Below, in pieces: positions 13,878 through 27,264 of a DNA stretch of 64,000 bases. Under the pieces are notes generated by a model, which saw nothing but the letters and a program-made list of their open reading frames with translations, was not told where the DNA came from and ran no database searches. The first letter of the stretch is position 1. Each line of letters begins with the position of its first letter. This DNA is from Oopsacas minuta (lineage: Eukaryota > Animalia > Porifera), in the NCBI GenBank assembly GCA_024704765.1, contig JAKMXF010000144.1, positions 186,001 through 250,000 of the forward strand. Reading direction: 5' to 3'. Both the position numbers and the translations under genes were made by a program.

Positions 13878-16800
13878 ATGTTTGGTATGCGCCGCCTCCA
13901 GCGGGGACACCGACCCAATCGAAACCGTAGGCGCCAAAATGTTCAACTATCTAACAGTAAGGTATGTGAGGAATCTGAGGGGAATTCCGATGCATGCAAG
14001 CGGTTGTCAAGGTTGTTCTGTGTTTCATCGTCTCCTAATCCTTCTTCATTTGCAATGTTCGTACAACTCCATGCACAAGAATCTTCCCAAGAGCTAGCTG
14101 AGCTGTTCGACTCATTGAACAAGGTTGTTAAACGGATAAACCAGCGGTTCTCACCCGTGGACCCCTTTTCCCAAATTTAACACATTCTGTGGGCCACCAG
14201 GGGTACATGGAACCAAGAATCCTTTTGGGTCATATAACCAACACATTCCATAAGACTTCCCTAGTTACCGTTATGTTCTATTTTTAGGCTGGACAGATTT
14301 GGGACAGTTCAATGGATGAACCTCCCTCAGACAAGAAAGGAAAGAAGGATAAAACCAAAGACAAAAAGGGTGATAAAACAGCTGACACATTATCCTTAGA
14401 AGAAGAGGCATATAGAGAACCAGCGCCACTTCCTAAAATGGTGTCGCTGGGTATAACAGGTGTTCTAGAAGTAGTGGCAGCGACACAATTTTCACACCCC
14501 GAGTTGTGTCTCAGAATTCTTGAAGCATTCCATAAAATTGTGTCTTTTAACGAAATAGGTGCTTTGAAGAATGAGCCACACGACACAATTATGCCACTAT
14601 TTCATCTGCTGTTAGAAATGGTACAATCACGCGACACCAGACCAGATATTGCCTCCCTCGCATCCTCGTCTCTGATAGGTCTAATTCTATCTCTGGGAAA
14701 GACACATTTGACACTTCAAGCTGTGTCTGCTTTGATGTTATCTCAAGGTTCTACTTCTTCGCACCCCATTCCTATTCCAGAGGTGAGCCACTTTATGTCA
14801 CTTTGTATTAAGTTTCCACATGTTATGTGCCACAATTACGACACTTCTGCCACTTTATAATTGTATTTTAGATAATGAGAACTCTGCAGAGAAGTGTTAA
14901 TAGTGCACTTTGTGGCCGTACCATCTCCCGCGACACAATCAAACAATCTCTCCTAACATCAGCTAAAGTCGACACATGGTCTATTTCAGATCAACCACTT
15001 GACACCTCTACCTGCTACTCTTCCCTCACTTGTTCAGAACATTATCTATTCCTCCGTAGAAATGAATCAATCTTAAAAATTGGCACAGGATATGGTGACA
15101 CATTAAAAGGACATATTTATAATGCCACAAGTGGTAAAACTGCCACTAACAAACCTGGATGGCTCGGTATGTACCATGGAAAGATTCTATACAGAGAGGT
15201 TAGTTCAGATGGCAATGTGGTTCTAGAATTGTCACCCGACACATTAGAAGTGGTTGGTGAACACAGAGTGCCACTTGAATTGGACCCAGAAATGTGTCTT
15301 TTCTATTCTAATGGGGAGGAAATTGGAACTATAGAAATAAAGGGAGAATCAGATGTGTTTCTTCACACCTTTGAGCTGCTAGATGGTTAGTTATAAATAT
15401 GCCATTTTAGATATATGTATATTTTCACACCTTCAAAATATTGTTGTTTTAGGATCACAGACTGACATAACACTCTCACAGACTCACCACCTGACAGTAG
15501 GTCGTACCATCTTGCTAGCAAGTGGCACAGATGAATTCTTGAGTGTCATTCATGGACCACCTGATGACACTTATCCTGCCTCTGTAGTTTATAGTCAAAG
15601 TCAGGAACTTCCAGAATTAATTAGTGTCACTTCTAAAACAGCTGTATTTCTTAGCCAATCTGGACATGTAAGTGTTTGAATTGTGGCACTGTATGCCACT
15701 TTTCTTATAGAATTGTGGTATAGCTATGCTATCAACTTCTGTCACAATTCTGTCACTATTATATTATCTACTTGTTCTATTTTTAGATATTCTACACGGG
15801 ACACGGAGATGCTTTTGGTACTCCTAGACAGACCGGAAAGGATGAATGGGTGTCTGTTATGATTCCAGATGATTCTACTTTTCATACCTTTCATCTCAGC
15901 CAAAGTGGCACGCTGTGTACATATATCGACACAAACGGGAACTTGTATTTAAGTGGCATAGGTGTGAAAGGGCTCAGTCCAGGTGGTGGAGGTAAAAAAG
16001 ATGGTGGAAAGCAACATTCTGAAATTCCTTGTCTGACTACTACTCAGCTCCCAAAACTGGAAAGTTGTCACTGCGGGTGGTCTGTGCCACTTGTCGCCTT
16101 GGTGTCTGAGGATGGCGGACTTTTCATGTTTGGAGAAATGCTGTTTGAAGGTGTGAAACGGAACGACGGACAAATCGATTCACCAAAAGATGTCAAATTC
16201 CAAAGTGTAAGTCTGGGGGAGAAGCATGCACTAGTGTTATCACGAACACATCAGTTGTTTAGCTTTGGACACAATAATAATGGAGAATGTGGCGTAGCAG
16301 AAGGGGAGTTAGAGGGTGATGAACCACCTGATGATGAAAATGTGAGTATATATGTGTGAATTATATTTATATACACCTCTGACCACACTTACTGTATTTC
16401 TTTTTTAGCCAATAATTATCAAAAATTTGACAGAAGTTAAGCTGCCAGAGGGAGTGCATATGGCACGAACTGGAGCGCGCCACTCAGTGGCAGTGTGTCT
16501 CTCTGGTGACGCGTATGTCTGGGGACACAATGATAAGGGACAGTTGGGTATAGGTGACAAAAAGAACCGACACAAACCCGTTAGATTGGCACTACCGGGA
16601 CCAGTTTTTGATGTACAATGTGGCGAAGATTTTACAGTTTTTCTCTTACAAGATGGACGCATGTTTGGTTCAGGTATGAATACCAATCGGTTGCTAGGGT
16701 TACCAGAGGCAGATGGAGAGGTGACAAGTGCGACACTTTTAACACTAATCCCCGCCCAATCAGATCCGAGTATGCTCCGGCTATCAGCTGGGGGGGAAAA

Positions 16801-19800
16801 TATATTAATATTACAAAAACAACAAATGTTGACTAATAAGAGTCTGAGGGATGCCCAGCTGTTATGCGAGAAGAATTCCCTAGCGATTGTTCCGGATAAT
16901 AGGAATTCACGATTATCTTCATTCTCCTGGCTCAAGATTAACCTCAGAAACAGGGCATTCTCGGTAAGAATAGTGGCACAAACCACTTCTGTTACACATA
17001 CAAACCTTGTAATTATATTGGTTGTCTATCTAGGTTCAAGATCAAAATATTTACTTAGATTGTGGCACGAGCGCAGTGGCACTGGAACAAGTTTATGGCA
17101 ACGTGTGGCAGTTCGACAACTCCACCAATGAGATCACACAGTACAACGGGACCTTGGCCAGCTTTAAAGTTAATGAAGGGGTGTTAAGCGCCAATCGAGA
17201 GCCACTTTTATTGACACAAACAATTCTTAGTCCATCTTTGTGTCTCCCTAATGTGCCACATGTAACACGTATTCAGGCTGCCCTCAATTTGTTGACATGC
17301 CAGTTCTGTTTGTTGACAAGGGATAAGTGTGAAGTAAGTATTTGTTTGTTTGTTTGCTTTCTTGGTTACTTGTTTGTTTACTTTTTCAGTTACTTGTTTA
17401 TTTGTTTACTTGTATAGATCCTTATTGACGATAAAGATGACCCTACTGAGAAGAGTAAGCTCATACGTCACACAAGTAAAGATCCTACCCTTGGTTACTC
17501 AGTGGTACATAGGTATGGAGATTTAGCTGATGTCTGGTACCATGACGGATCAGCTGACGCGGTCATGTTCCAGGTTGATAAGGAGGTGTTACTAGGAGGG
17601 ATAGGTATATTCTCTGGAGCTAATGGAATCCTCACAGGACAAGTTCAGGTACAATATAGCTCTATTATAATCATTAGAACTGGAACTAATGGGTATAGTT
17701 CCTATTACAAGATCTAAATTCACAAATAGGGTGTCAGTGACGTCGAAAAATGTTACCCCGTTTCCACAGGGTTACACCTTATCCTATTATAGGTCCTAGA
17801 TTCCCAAGACAAGGGCCCTGCCCTTGCATCAGTAGACAACTTAGAGATACCACAAGACCCCTCAGGAGAGATATACCCCGCTATGTTTGATGGTCCCTAT
17901 CTCCTAGAACGAGATCATTGGTATGTGTTACTCCTCAAGCTAGAGGGGACGCAGGCTCTTAAATCTGGGAAAAATGGGAAAACAGAAATAACAGAGGATG
18001 GAGTAATGTTTAAGTTCAAATATACCGATCAATCTCATAATGGGACTGACACTAGCTCAGGACAACTGCCCTCTCTTTACTTCAAATTCCCTAAAGTAAC
18101 AAAGCTCCCTTCAGCTGACATGGGGGAAGATTTTGAGGAGGAGGCACCAGTTCAAATCCTGGACTCTAAGTTCTACATGGATGTTACCCCACACTGTTTT
18201 GAATCACTCTTAAAACTATTGGAATGGCTCTGTAATTCAGTTCGGACTTCTCTCATTGAGGTATCACAACAGACGGAAGGGACAGGACTAGACTTGGACC
18301 ATGAAATAGTGTTGATGGACATAGAACGACAACTCCACGCGATTGAGGCCTGTCTCAAACACTGTGACATATATTTCCATAAAATATATGTAAAAACACC
18401 TTTCACTCTTCACACCTCGAAGGAGAACCCTGACTACATCGAGTATGTTTTGAAGTTTAGACAGATGTTAAGAGACATTTTGTTTCAGCCACTTCCCAAG
18501 GAGGTGTTAGATCCAGTTTTACCGGAATATTTATTGAAAGAAAGATTTGTTAAAATGTGTCAAGATACTTACATCAGCTGTTTTTCTATTTTCTACCCAA
18601 CACCTAGATTGAAGTATTTCATTCTGTGTGAAATGTTGATGACTGTTAGTATTGATGAGATTGCTCAAGGTGCTCCTGGGGAGATGCTATTAGTTTCAGT
18701 TCTGGAAGCAATCTCAGACTCTTCTTCTATTGGACTTAGTTCTGTATTGCAACACTCTCAACTCGCATATATGTAAGTTAGTTTAGATATTGTTAATAGA
18801 GGGGTCGTAGAGATCTGATTTCCCCTGAGTTTCACGTAATTTCCTCGGGGAGGGTTTACACGGGACAAGCCAGGACCATTAAGATAGTTATGCCACTCAG
18901 TTTGGGACAATTCCTTGAACTGTGGACAGATCTCTGCGGCCCTGAGCACGTATAGACTATGGTAAGCTATATTGTATGTTATGTGCTATATAATTCGTTA
19001 GCCCGAAAATTGACTGTGCCACTTATGCCACTAGGTACTCACCATACAAGACAAAATACCCAATATTAGAGAAAGCTTTGGGAGAGAGAACATTTGAAAG
19101 TTTAGCCGATATGATGAATTATGACGCAATAATCTCAAAACTCCAATCAATGGCCTGTTCACCTGCACATAACATCACAAGGTGTGAAGAACAGGAACCA
19201 ATTTCTACAAGAGCTGTGTCACAAGCTGCATCTAATCTTTTATTAGCTAAACTACAAGAACTTTCCATGTACGTACAAGCTATACAATCAAACACCGGGT
19301 CTGAAAGTCCAACGGTGAAACGCGAATCGGACAAACGATTTTTCGCCCTTCTAAAAAATTGGCCAACTGTCGAACAAGATGCAATAGCCTTTGAAGTCAA
19401 CCGTAAAGATATTTGGATATATGGCATAGGTGTTTACGCGGGTAAAAAAGTGTCCTGCGAGGTTGAAATGTACGAGGAAATTGATGATAGTGACAAGTTT
19501 AAACTTTTGGAAAAAATTAAGGTTAATTTGACTGAAAAAGATTCGAATAAATCGACGCATATCGCAACTGTTTTGTTCTCGAATCCTGTCTGTATCCAAG
19601 ACAACCGCAGATACCATTTGGTATGTTCATTCCCGAATGTTAAGAAACTGGGTTTCGCAGGGAAATCGGGTGAGAAGGAGATTGAGTGTCTTAAAGGTCT
19701 GAAATTCACATATTTCAACTCAATACTGTCAAAATCAGGTACTAATTGTTCTCAAGGACAAATCCCAACAATTTTATATTCACACTCTGGACCCTCTTTC

Positions 19801-22800
19801 ACTCAAGTCCTCCTAAAATCTGACGATGAGACCAACCTCAGAGACTGTTGTGACAGTTATTTGAAGCTGACACGTAACCTCCTTGAGTCAGCGACCCGTA
19901 TAATTGAGACAGCCCTCTCTTTCGGGGTCTCTACGGAACTGTTAACTCGATTAGGGAACACTTCGTTTTTTTCACAAATCATTCCAGAGTGTCTTGTGCT
20001 GTTAATACCCGTCGCCAAGTTGTATCCCGAAATTACAGTGGAGGTTATGCATATTTTGAGAGCTCTATTAACCGAGGTGTCAGTTGTTAATAGACAAGTT
20101 GGCGTTGATGTGGCACAAGTGGCAGAGGACCGCTTGTTTTTCATGCCAGTAGAAAGTGAACATCCATATCCTGAATCATCAATAACACCTTATAATATTA
20201 TATTCCCGCCTGAAGTGAAATGGATGTTAGTTAATTTTATGCCAGGTTGTGCCACATGCCAGCCAGAAGACACTTTAAAAGTGACAGTGCCACATCCAGA
20301 CACTAGTGACAATAAGAACCAACCAATTACAGTACTTGGTCCATACTCAGAGGACAAGGATTGGCCCACTGAACCAAAAATTATTAAAGGCAATAAGATT
20401 AATTTTCTATTCGAGGCTGCTACAGATTATTTGAAGGAAGAGAACTCTAATAAATTCGGCTTTAAGTGTGATGTTGTTGGATTTCCTTGGGGCACTCTCA
20501 GCTCAGAATCGATTTTACAGCTGGAGAGACTTCTCCACTATGTTGGCGCCCAATGTGCCTCATCCCTGGTTCAAACTGGAACTGAACTACACTTAGTTCA
20601 GCCACTTAACGCCTTGGAAAACTTCACTTCAAATGCTCGTGCTGATATGTCTGTTGTATACGAAATATCAAATTCTGAGATCGACACTTTTAAGGGACTT
20701 TTGGAAGGGGGTCTGAGAGTAACCTGCCCTTCCGTAGACCTGGCCCTCAAGGGTGAGATCCTTCCTAGCGACCAAACACCCTCATTGGCATTCATAAGAG
20801 ACTTTATCGATGGGATGAATACCACGAGCGGGGGGAGACTATCAACTTTCCTTCAAACGGAGTCAACAATCGATTATACTAAATCTTCGATACACATACC
20901 TGTCTTTGGAATTAAGGCTCAATGGCCCTCTCTCCTCTCCGTATCCCTTGCGGACTTTAAGGGTCAAGAAATGTTTGTGAAGGACATACGATTAGAATTG
21001 AGTATAAGTGAAGTGAAACCCGGCATTGTCAAAGACACATCACCTGTCGACGTGTTATACAAACTCATAGGAATTCCTGTACCAAAACTGGAAATTCCAT
21101 ACACAACTACTATAATATCTAGCAATGTGTATACTTCTATTTGTTTTATGGAATGTTTCGATAAATATTCATACGAGGAGTTGAGGTTCGCCTCTCTACA
21201 CTATGATAGTGAGAACTTCAGAGCTAATTCACATTCCATACAGATGATTGGCCTCCAGGATAAGAAGTATATCGGCAAATGGACTCCGGCGCATCCTGGG
21301 AAGTATAAAATTACATTATTTATAGAAGGTTTGAAAGCTCAGACAATCGAACACGAAGTGTCAACACCAGATAAAGACGAGATACCACCCGTGTACCCAT
21401 TCATAATCCATCAAAAGTCCGCTATGAAGGTCACTACATCCGATCCTGATGTCAAAAACGTGAAAATATTCTCCGAACCTGACTCAACAGCAACCGCCCT
21501 TGGTCTGATCCCTCGCGGAAAATTAGCGTATTTCTTTGAGGAGCAACAGATAGAGAACGACGATGGTAGTTGGATACGATTGAGACCAGAGTCCCTTAAA
21601 CAATACGCAAAACCTGGGACCTCACCTACCCGAGGTTACGCTCAATCCTATTTAAAGAACAAAGACACATACACTATGAAATTAGAACTGTTACAAGCTA
21701 ATGTGTCAGCATTACAAGTGGCAGATAGTGGCGTGCGACAGGTTAAAAGTGGCACACTGAAACGTATAGGTGGTGCAGGAAGTTATGAAATTGTCGAATG
21801 TGGCGAAGCTGGCCACTTAATCCGTGCTGGGCCTGCTAGAAACTCTACGCCCATTGGACAGTTGTCTAAAGGCGCCATTATCCAGGTTAGTGACGAGAAG
21901 ACGAAAGAGGAATGTGTATGGCTAAAATTAGAAGAGACAGCTGTCGTAACAGAAGGACTAAATAATGAAGATGCGAAGGTGTTTTGGATTTTAGGTGTTG
22001 ATTTAAGAAATTATATTTTGTACGCTAGAAAGCAAGGTGATGATGGCACAAAGGGAGAAAGTGGCATTGAGGAGACTGACTATGAATCTTTCGATTTTAA
22101 AACACCCACAAAACCACCTAATTTATTCAATTTTGCTCAATTACCCGAAAATGGAAAATCTGTGTTCCAATTTGAAGGTGAGAAGGAGAACGAAAAAGAG
22201 TGTAAAACTCCACTTTGCGACATATTTAACACTAAACCACCTGAAGATATTCACATGGGATTGTCACCTGATTACGCTAGGTGCCAACGGACAATTTACT
22301 CGGCTTATTTATGGCAAGAAAGTTTAGTGGTCGACGCAATGACCGCTTCAGCTTTCATTAAATTTAATCCAAACACTCCCAGGATAAAATCGTCCTCCAT
22401 CAAGAAAGAAACTCCAAAACAACTCTCTCAAGAAGAACCCGAACCTAAAGTGGAACCTAAAATGGAAGCTAAAGTGGAACCTAAACCGGAAGTTAAAGTG
22501 GAACCTAAACCGGAAGTTAAAGTGGAACTTAAAATGGAAATAGAATCTAAGGAAGAACCTGACGCTAAAGTGGCAAAGAAAAGCGATGAAAAAATGTCAG
22601 AGCAAAGTGACAAAAAAGTGGCTGAGAAAGTGTCGGAGAAATCTGAGGAAAAAGTAGTAGAGAAGCAGGTTAGATTTGACGATAAAGTGGCTGAACAGAA
22701 GTCTGCCATAAATCCAGATAGAAGCGACACACCACCAATAGAAGACCCAGAGGAGAAATCCAAACTGGAACTACGTGAAAAAGTACCCGTCACCCTCCGT

Positions 22801-25800
22801 TACCTCGTCAACTTTTGGGATTTCCTAATGGAACATGTCACTAATTATGTCAATTCACCAATTAACATCCCACCACTTCCCGACACAGTTAAGGAAAGGA
22901 TCAAAGCAGACAAAGAAATAGAAAAAGTCGTGTCAGTCAAAAGGAAACCAGCAGAAGTTGGCGACCAAACTCTGTGTGAGTTATGTGATGAATTCTTCGT
23001 TAATCCTGTAACCTATCATATGAAAACGGAACACATCGGATGCGGACAAGGCGCCAAGGGATGGGGATACAATAGCAATGGGAACTATTGTTCCGGATGG
23101 GCGGGTAGTTGCGGTGATGGTGGCAGTGGTGGTTCGACATGGTACATAATGTGTGAATCTTGCCACACTGATTATCTACAGGAAAAGGTGAAAACTGAAC
23201 AGCTGAGAAAATTCAAAAGTCAAGCTATGGGAATCAAAAAGCGAGGTGGGCAAATTCGGAAACTCTTGGAGAAGCCCTCACTCACAATCCTAGAGGAGAA
23301 CTCTTTATTTCTGCTGGAGTTACAGAGTCCAAATACTTCTGACCAAGAACTAACTGACAAAGGACCTCCCTCTTACACGAGACAGACCTCTGAACCTAAG
23401 GGTCCAAAAAAACCAACCTTCAAGCGTGCTGAGACAATCGCGTTGGCGACACCAAAGACATTAAGCTTCGCACGGACGATTTCAGTTGATGTACAGAAGG
23501 ACGATTCTCAAGCAGGTTGGCCCTCCTTCACACCTGTTAATGACGATATCGACCCTGAATCTTCCCCTATGTTCCTCATGAGACCCTCACCTATCCTCGC
23601 AAAACTGATCGCAAAATACCACAGGGAGAAATTGGAGGAAATAGGCTGTATCCCAGACTTCTTGAGTTTCATATCCAAACGACACGATCTAGATGGCATC
23701 CGTGCCACTTTACAGAATAAAATGTGTATTTCAAGAATGCGGGTTTATTCCTTAGACTTTATTGATTGGCTGCTTCGTGTTACGACAGACGTCACTTGTC
23801 TTCACGACACATTGTGGCATTTTATGTCTTCCTTCTATAAAGAGTCACAAAAGAAAATAGAAGGCGATGGAGTGAAAAGTGACAGGACCGAAATTCTAGA
23901 CGCTCAACATCCAACGGACCTCTTATTTGGCGCCACAGCTGTGAAACAGGTCCGAACATCTTTATATGAACTATTGGGGACTATTGCTGAACTCCTTCCT
24001 AAGCTCCCCATTGGTTCATTCGCCCAAGAAATGGGTGTACGTGCTTGGTGCATTCCATTCCAGGTGGAGGATCACGGTTTCATCCATAATTGTAGCATAT
24101 TTCCACATATATCACATATCCTCTCCCTCCTGGAGGAGGCAACCACTTCACAGAGTGACTCAAAAGAGTCACAATCCAGTTTATTTGTTGATGAAGATGT
24201 GACAACAAAGGTGACAATTACTGTATCGTCACGTGAAGCTATGCTGAATAGTATCACCGACAATTCAACAGAGACCTTCTGGGAAAGCGGGGAGGATTGC
24301 AAATCCCGACCAAGAACTGTAACTTTTGATATTCCGAAACAACTAAGGAATAGCAGTTACAGAGTTTGTGTGTATTTGGACCAAGTGAGAGACCCGGGAT
24401 ATCTCTCAGAATCAATTACAGTATCTGTTGGTAAGAGCAAAGAGAAGAAGGACATGTTTGATATATCTACGCAAAAGATAACTGCAACACATGTAGGTTG
24501 GATCACTATAACAGTCCCAATTGAGAGGGTAGATAAATTCATACAGGTGTTACTCAAGGGAACCAAAAATGCTTGTAGAGTCCGTCAGGTTAAATTGGTT
24601 AAGGGCTGTGAGGGCAAGGCTGAGGGAAAACCGACAATTTCATGTACTCAGATGCAACTGGCTTCATGTGAAAGTCAAACTCTCCGATTATTCCGTGCGT
24701 TGACATCTCAAATATTTGGTACAATCCTTCTCAAGAAACCATCTGACCCCCAGAAGGGTGACAATGAGGACATTAGAGATCAGCTGGTTGGAATTTTAGA
24801 AGAAAACAGACTGTCAAAATTCCAACTCGAGATGTGTAACGAAATTGTCAAAAGTCTATCAAACGAATTCAACACAATGAAGAGTAACTTTTTGGACAAA
24901 CTCCAAGAGACCAATTGGACCGATACCCACACGGTGGAGCAGGTATCGACCCTTCAATGGAATGCTGTACGGGACTCCATCCTCTATGAACTACTGACTA
25001 TGCTAATGGCATTGGCACAATCAGAATTGGTTGCTAAGCACCTGACAAAAAATGCATCACTAATGAAGACAGTATTCTTACTTTTACATGTGGCATCGAA
25101 TAGGTGTCAACTTCTTGTTATCGATCTATTGTGTCGCCTCTTAAAACAAGTGGCGCCTGAGGATCTCGCGAAGATATTCGAGATTGAATACCTACCGACA
25201 ACTTCTTCAAGTATCGCTACCCTAGTCCAACGACCAATCCACGCGATTGGAATTCTAGATTTCTTATTTCTAGCAATCGCCAAATCATTAGAGGTCCAGA
25301 TCAGATCGAGGGGAGGAGAGGACAAGTCCGCTAAGAGTATAAGTCTATTTAATCTGACCAATAAGGATTCAGTTATGGAAGTGGACCCAGAGGACTGGAT
25401 GTGGCAGGGTGCTATCGGAAAAGATATTTCATTCGCAATAGTGAAACTTATAAAGGACATGCAGAGTGGTGAATTGGGTGAGAAGTGGAAGAATGTGAGT
25501 AAGGCTTGTATTGCACAAGCTATCTTGATGATGACAAAAGTTAAAGAGGCGTCAAGGAATGTGAAAGAGTGTCGCGTCATGAAGTGTTTCTGGTTATTCA
25601 TGGGGGCACTATGTGTCATTGACGAGGAGCTGTGCGGACAATTGTCTTCTGGTGCCTCAGAATCGAAAGATTCGAAAGGCAAACAAATTTCCTTATGTGT
25701 CAATCATGACGACGATCAAACAAGTGCAGTTGTGGAGTGTGAAAAATGTGGCACACTATGTGCCCAATGTGACCTATACCTACATATGCCGAGGTCCAAA

Positions 25801-26946
25801 CGTGATCATAAACGTGTCCTCTTCAAAGAGGAGGAGGAATCGATGAAAGTAGACCTTCATGAAGGGTGTGGGAGGACAAAACTCTATTGGCTAATGGCTA
25901 TGGTCGACACGAATTCTCTAAAATCAATGGCAGAGTTCAGAGGCCACTTGGCACAGGCTGCACCTGGTTCCGGCGTGTGTCGCTTTTGTGACACCTCTGG
26001 GGCTTCTGAAATGTTGGGGCTAGGTTTCGTTTGTGACGATCCGGATTGTCAAGAGTGTGCGAAAAATGCGTGTCGTAAAGCTTTGCCATGTGGACACATG
26101 TGTGGAGGTGTTAAGGATGAAAATGAACATCTGCCATGTCTCCACGGGTGTCAACAATCCACTTTAAAACAGGACGGTGAGGACATGTGTATGGTGTGCT
26201 ATACGGACTCTTTATCCGCCGCTCCCTCTGTACAACTCAAGTGCGGACATGTTTTTCATTTCCATTGCGCTCGGAAATCTCTTGAATCCAAATGGAATGG
26301 TCCTCGTATTTTGTTCAGATTCCTCTTCTGTTCCATCTGCCAAACCTCACCTCTAGAAGCACCACAATTAGAGAAACTATTCCGTCCAATGATGACTCTA
26401 TATGATAAAGTTATGCAAAAGGCTCGTATGCGTTTGGAGTATGAAAACAAATCTAGTGTGGAGGCATTAACCAACGAAAAATCAAAATTCTATCAAAAAC
26501 CGGGCGACTATGCTCTGGATCGCTACACATACTATGTTTGCTTCAAATGTAATGAACCTTATTACGGGGGTGAAGCGAGGTGTCTGGATGTGGCCAATGT
26601 GTCTGATGAATATGATCCTTCTGAGTTGGTATGCGGTGGCTGTTCAAATGTGACACAAGCGCAAATATGTCCCAAACATGGCACGGACTATCTCGAGTAC
26701 AAGTGTCGATATTGCTGCTCAATAGCAACTTATTTTTGTTTCGGTACAACCCATTTTTGTTCCCCCTGTCACGACGATGTAGGTCGTGTCACTGGTATCC
26801 CGAAAGACGAACTCCCCTCTTGTCCGGTGGGCCCCAGGGCAATGCCACAGGATGGTGACGAGTGTCCCCTACGGGTCAAACACCCTCCAACAGGTGAAGA
26901 GTACGCATTAGGTTGTGGCATATGCAGGAATGCCCAGAGTTTCTAA
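13878..26946 (+). CDS. MYCBP2: E3 ubiquitin ligase MYCBP2/Highwire/RPM-1 (RCC1-like, PHR x2, filamin-like, DOC, B-box, RING, tandem-cysteine domain)
   Basis: LPKMVSLGITGVLEVVAATQFSHPELCLR N-terminus, RCC1 GHNNNGECG/GHNDKGQLG, DNSTETFWES DOC motif, and C-terminal YYGGEARC..CPKHGTDYLEYKCRYCC..FCFGTTHFC..HPPTGEEYALGCGICRN. Terminal exon 19035-26946. Confidence 0.97.
14142..14212. mobile_element. hAT/Charlie-like MITE remnant in MYCBP2 intron 1
   Basis: CAGCGGTTCTCACCCGTGGACCCC..CTGTGGGCCACCAGGGTACATGGA, similar to 9106-9180. Confidence 0.45.
22441..22539 (+). repeat. Coding 12/24-bp tandem repeat inside MYCBP2 (EPKV-EPKM-EAKV-EPKP-EVKV...)
   Basis: Repeated gaacctaaagtg / gaacctaaaccggaagttaaagtg units. 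Confidence 0.9.
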
Positions 26947-27264
26947 TTTTAGAAGTGTTACTATATATGAAGCATGTCTATGTAGAGTAGGTGTTACTAG
27001 ATATAAAGGATAGTTTGTGAATTCTTTGGATTCTATTTATTTAATTTATAATATTCAATAGAGTTTTTGTATAGATTAAGGTTTTAATTAGGGGATAACA
27101 GGGTGCATGGGGCGGGGTTTATCCATTTCTTGCAGGGACTTTCTTAGGATGACACTTTGCCTACGAGTTAGATTGGTTAAGAAGGTGTGATTATATCACA
27201 AAATTTCTTACAATTTATTGACACTAACAATATTCTAATTAGCTGAGGAATGTATATTACATAG

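Noticed and set aside
17727-17790. Weak inverted ends (ATAGGGTGTCA / TTACACCTTAT) in a MYCBP2 intron
   Set aside because: Match too short and imperfect, no TSD, and overlaps the genome's common GTGT/ACAC motifs.
19119-26858. Many 60-200 aa ORFs antisense to or overlapping MYCBP2 (and similar ones over p62, HAUS6, HSPA14 and iRhom)
   Set aside because: Shadow frames of real genes, with no recognisable domains or independent signals.
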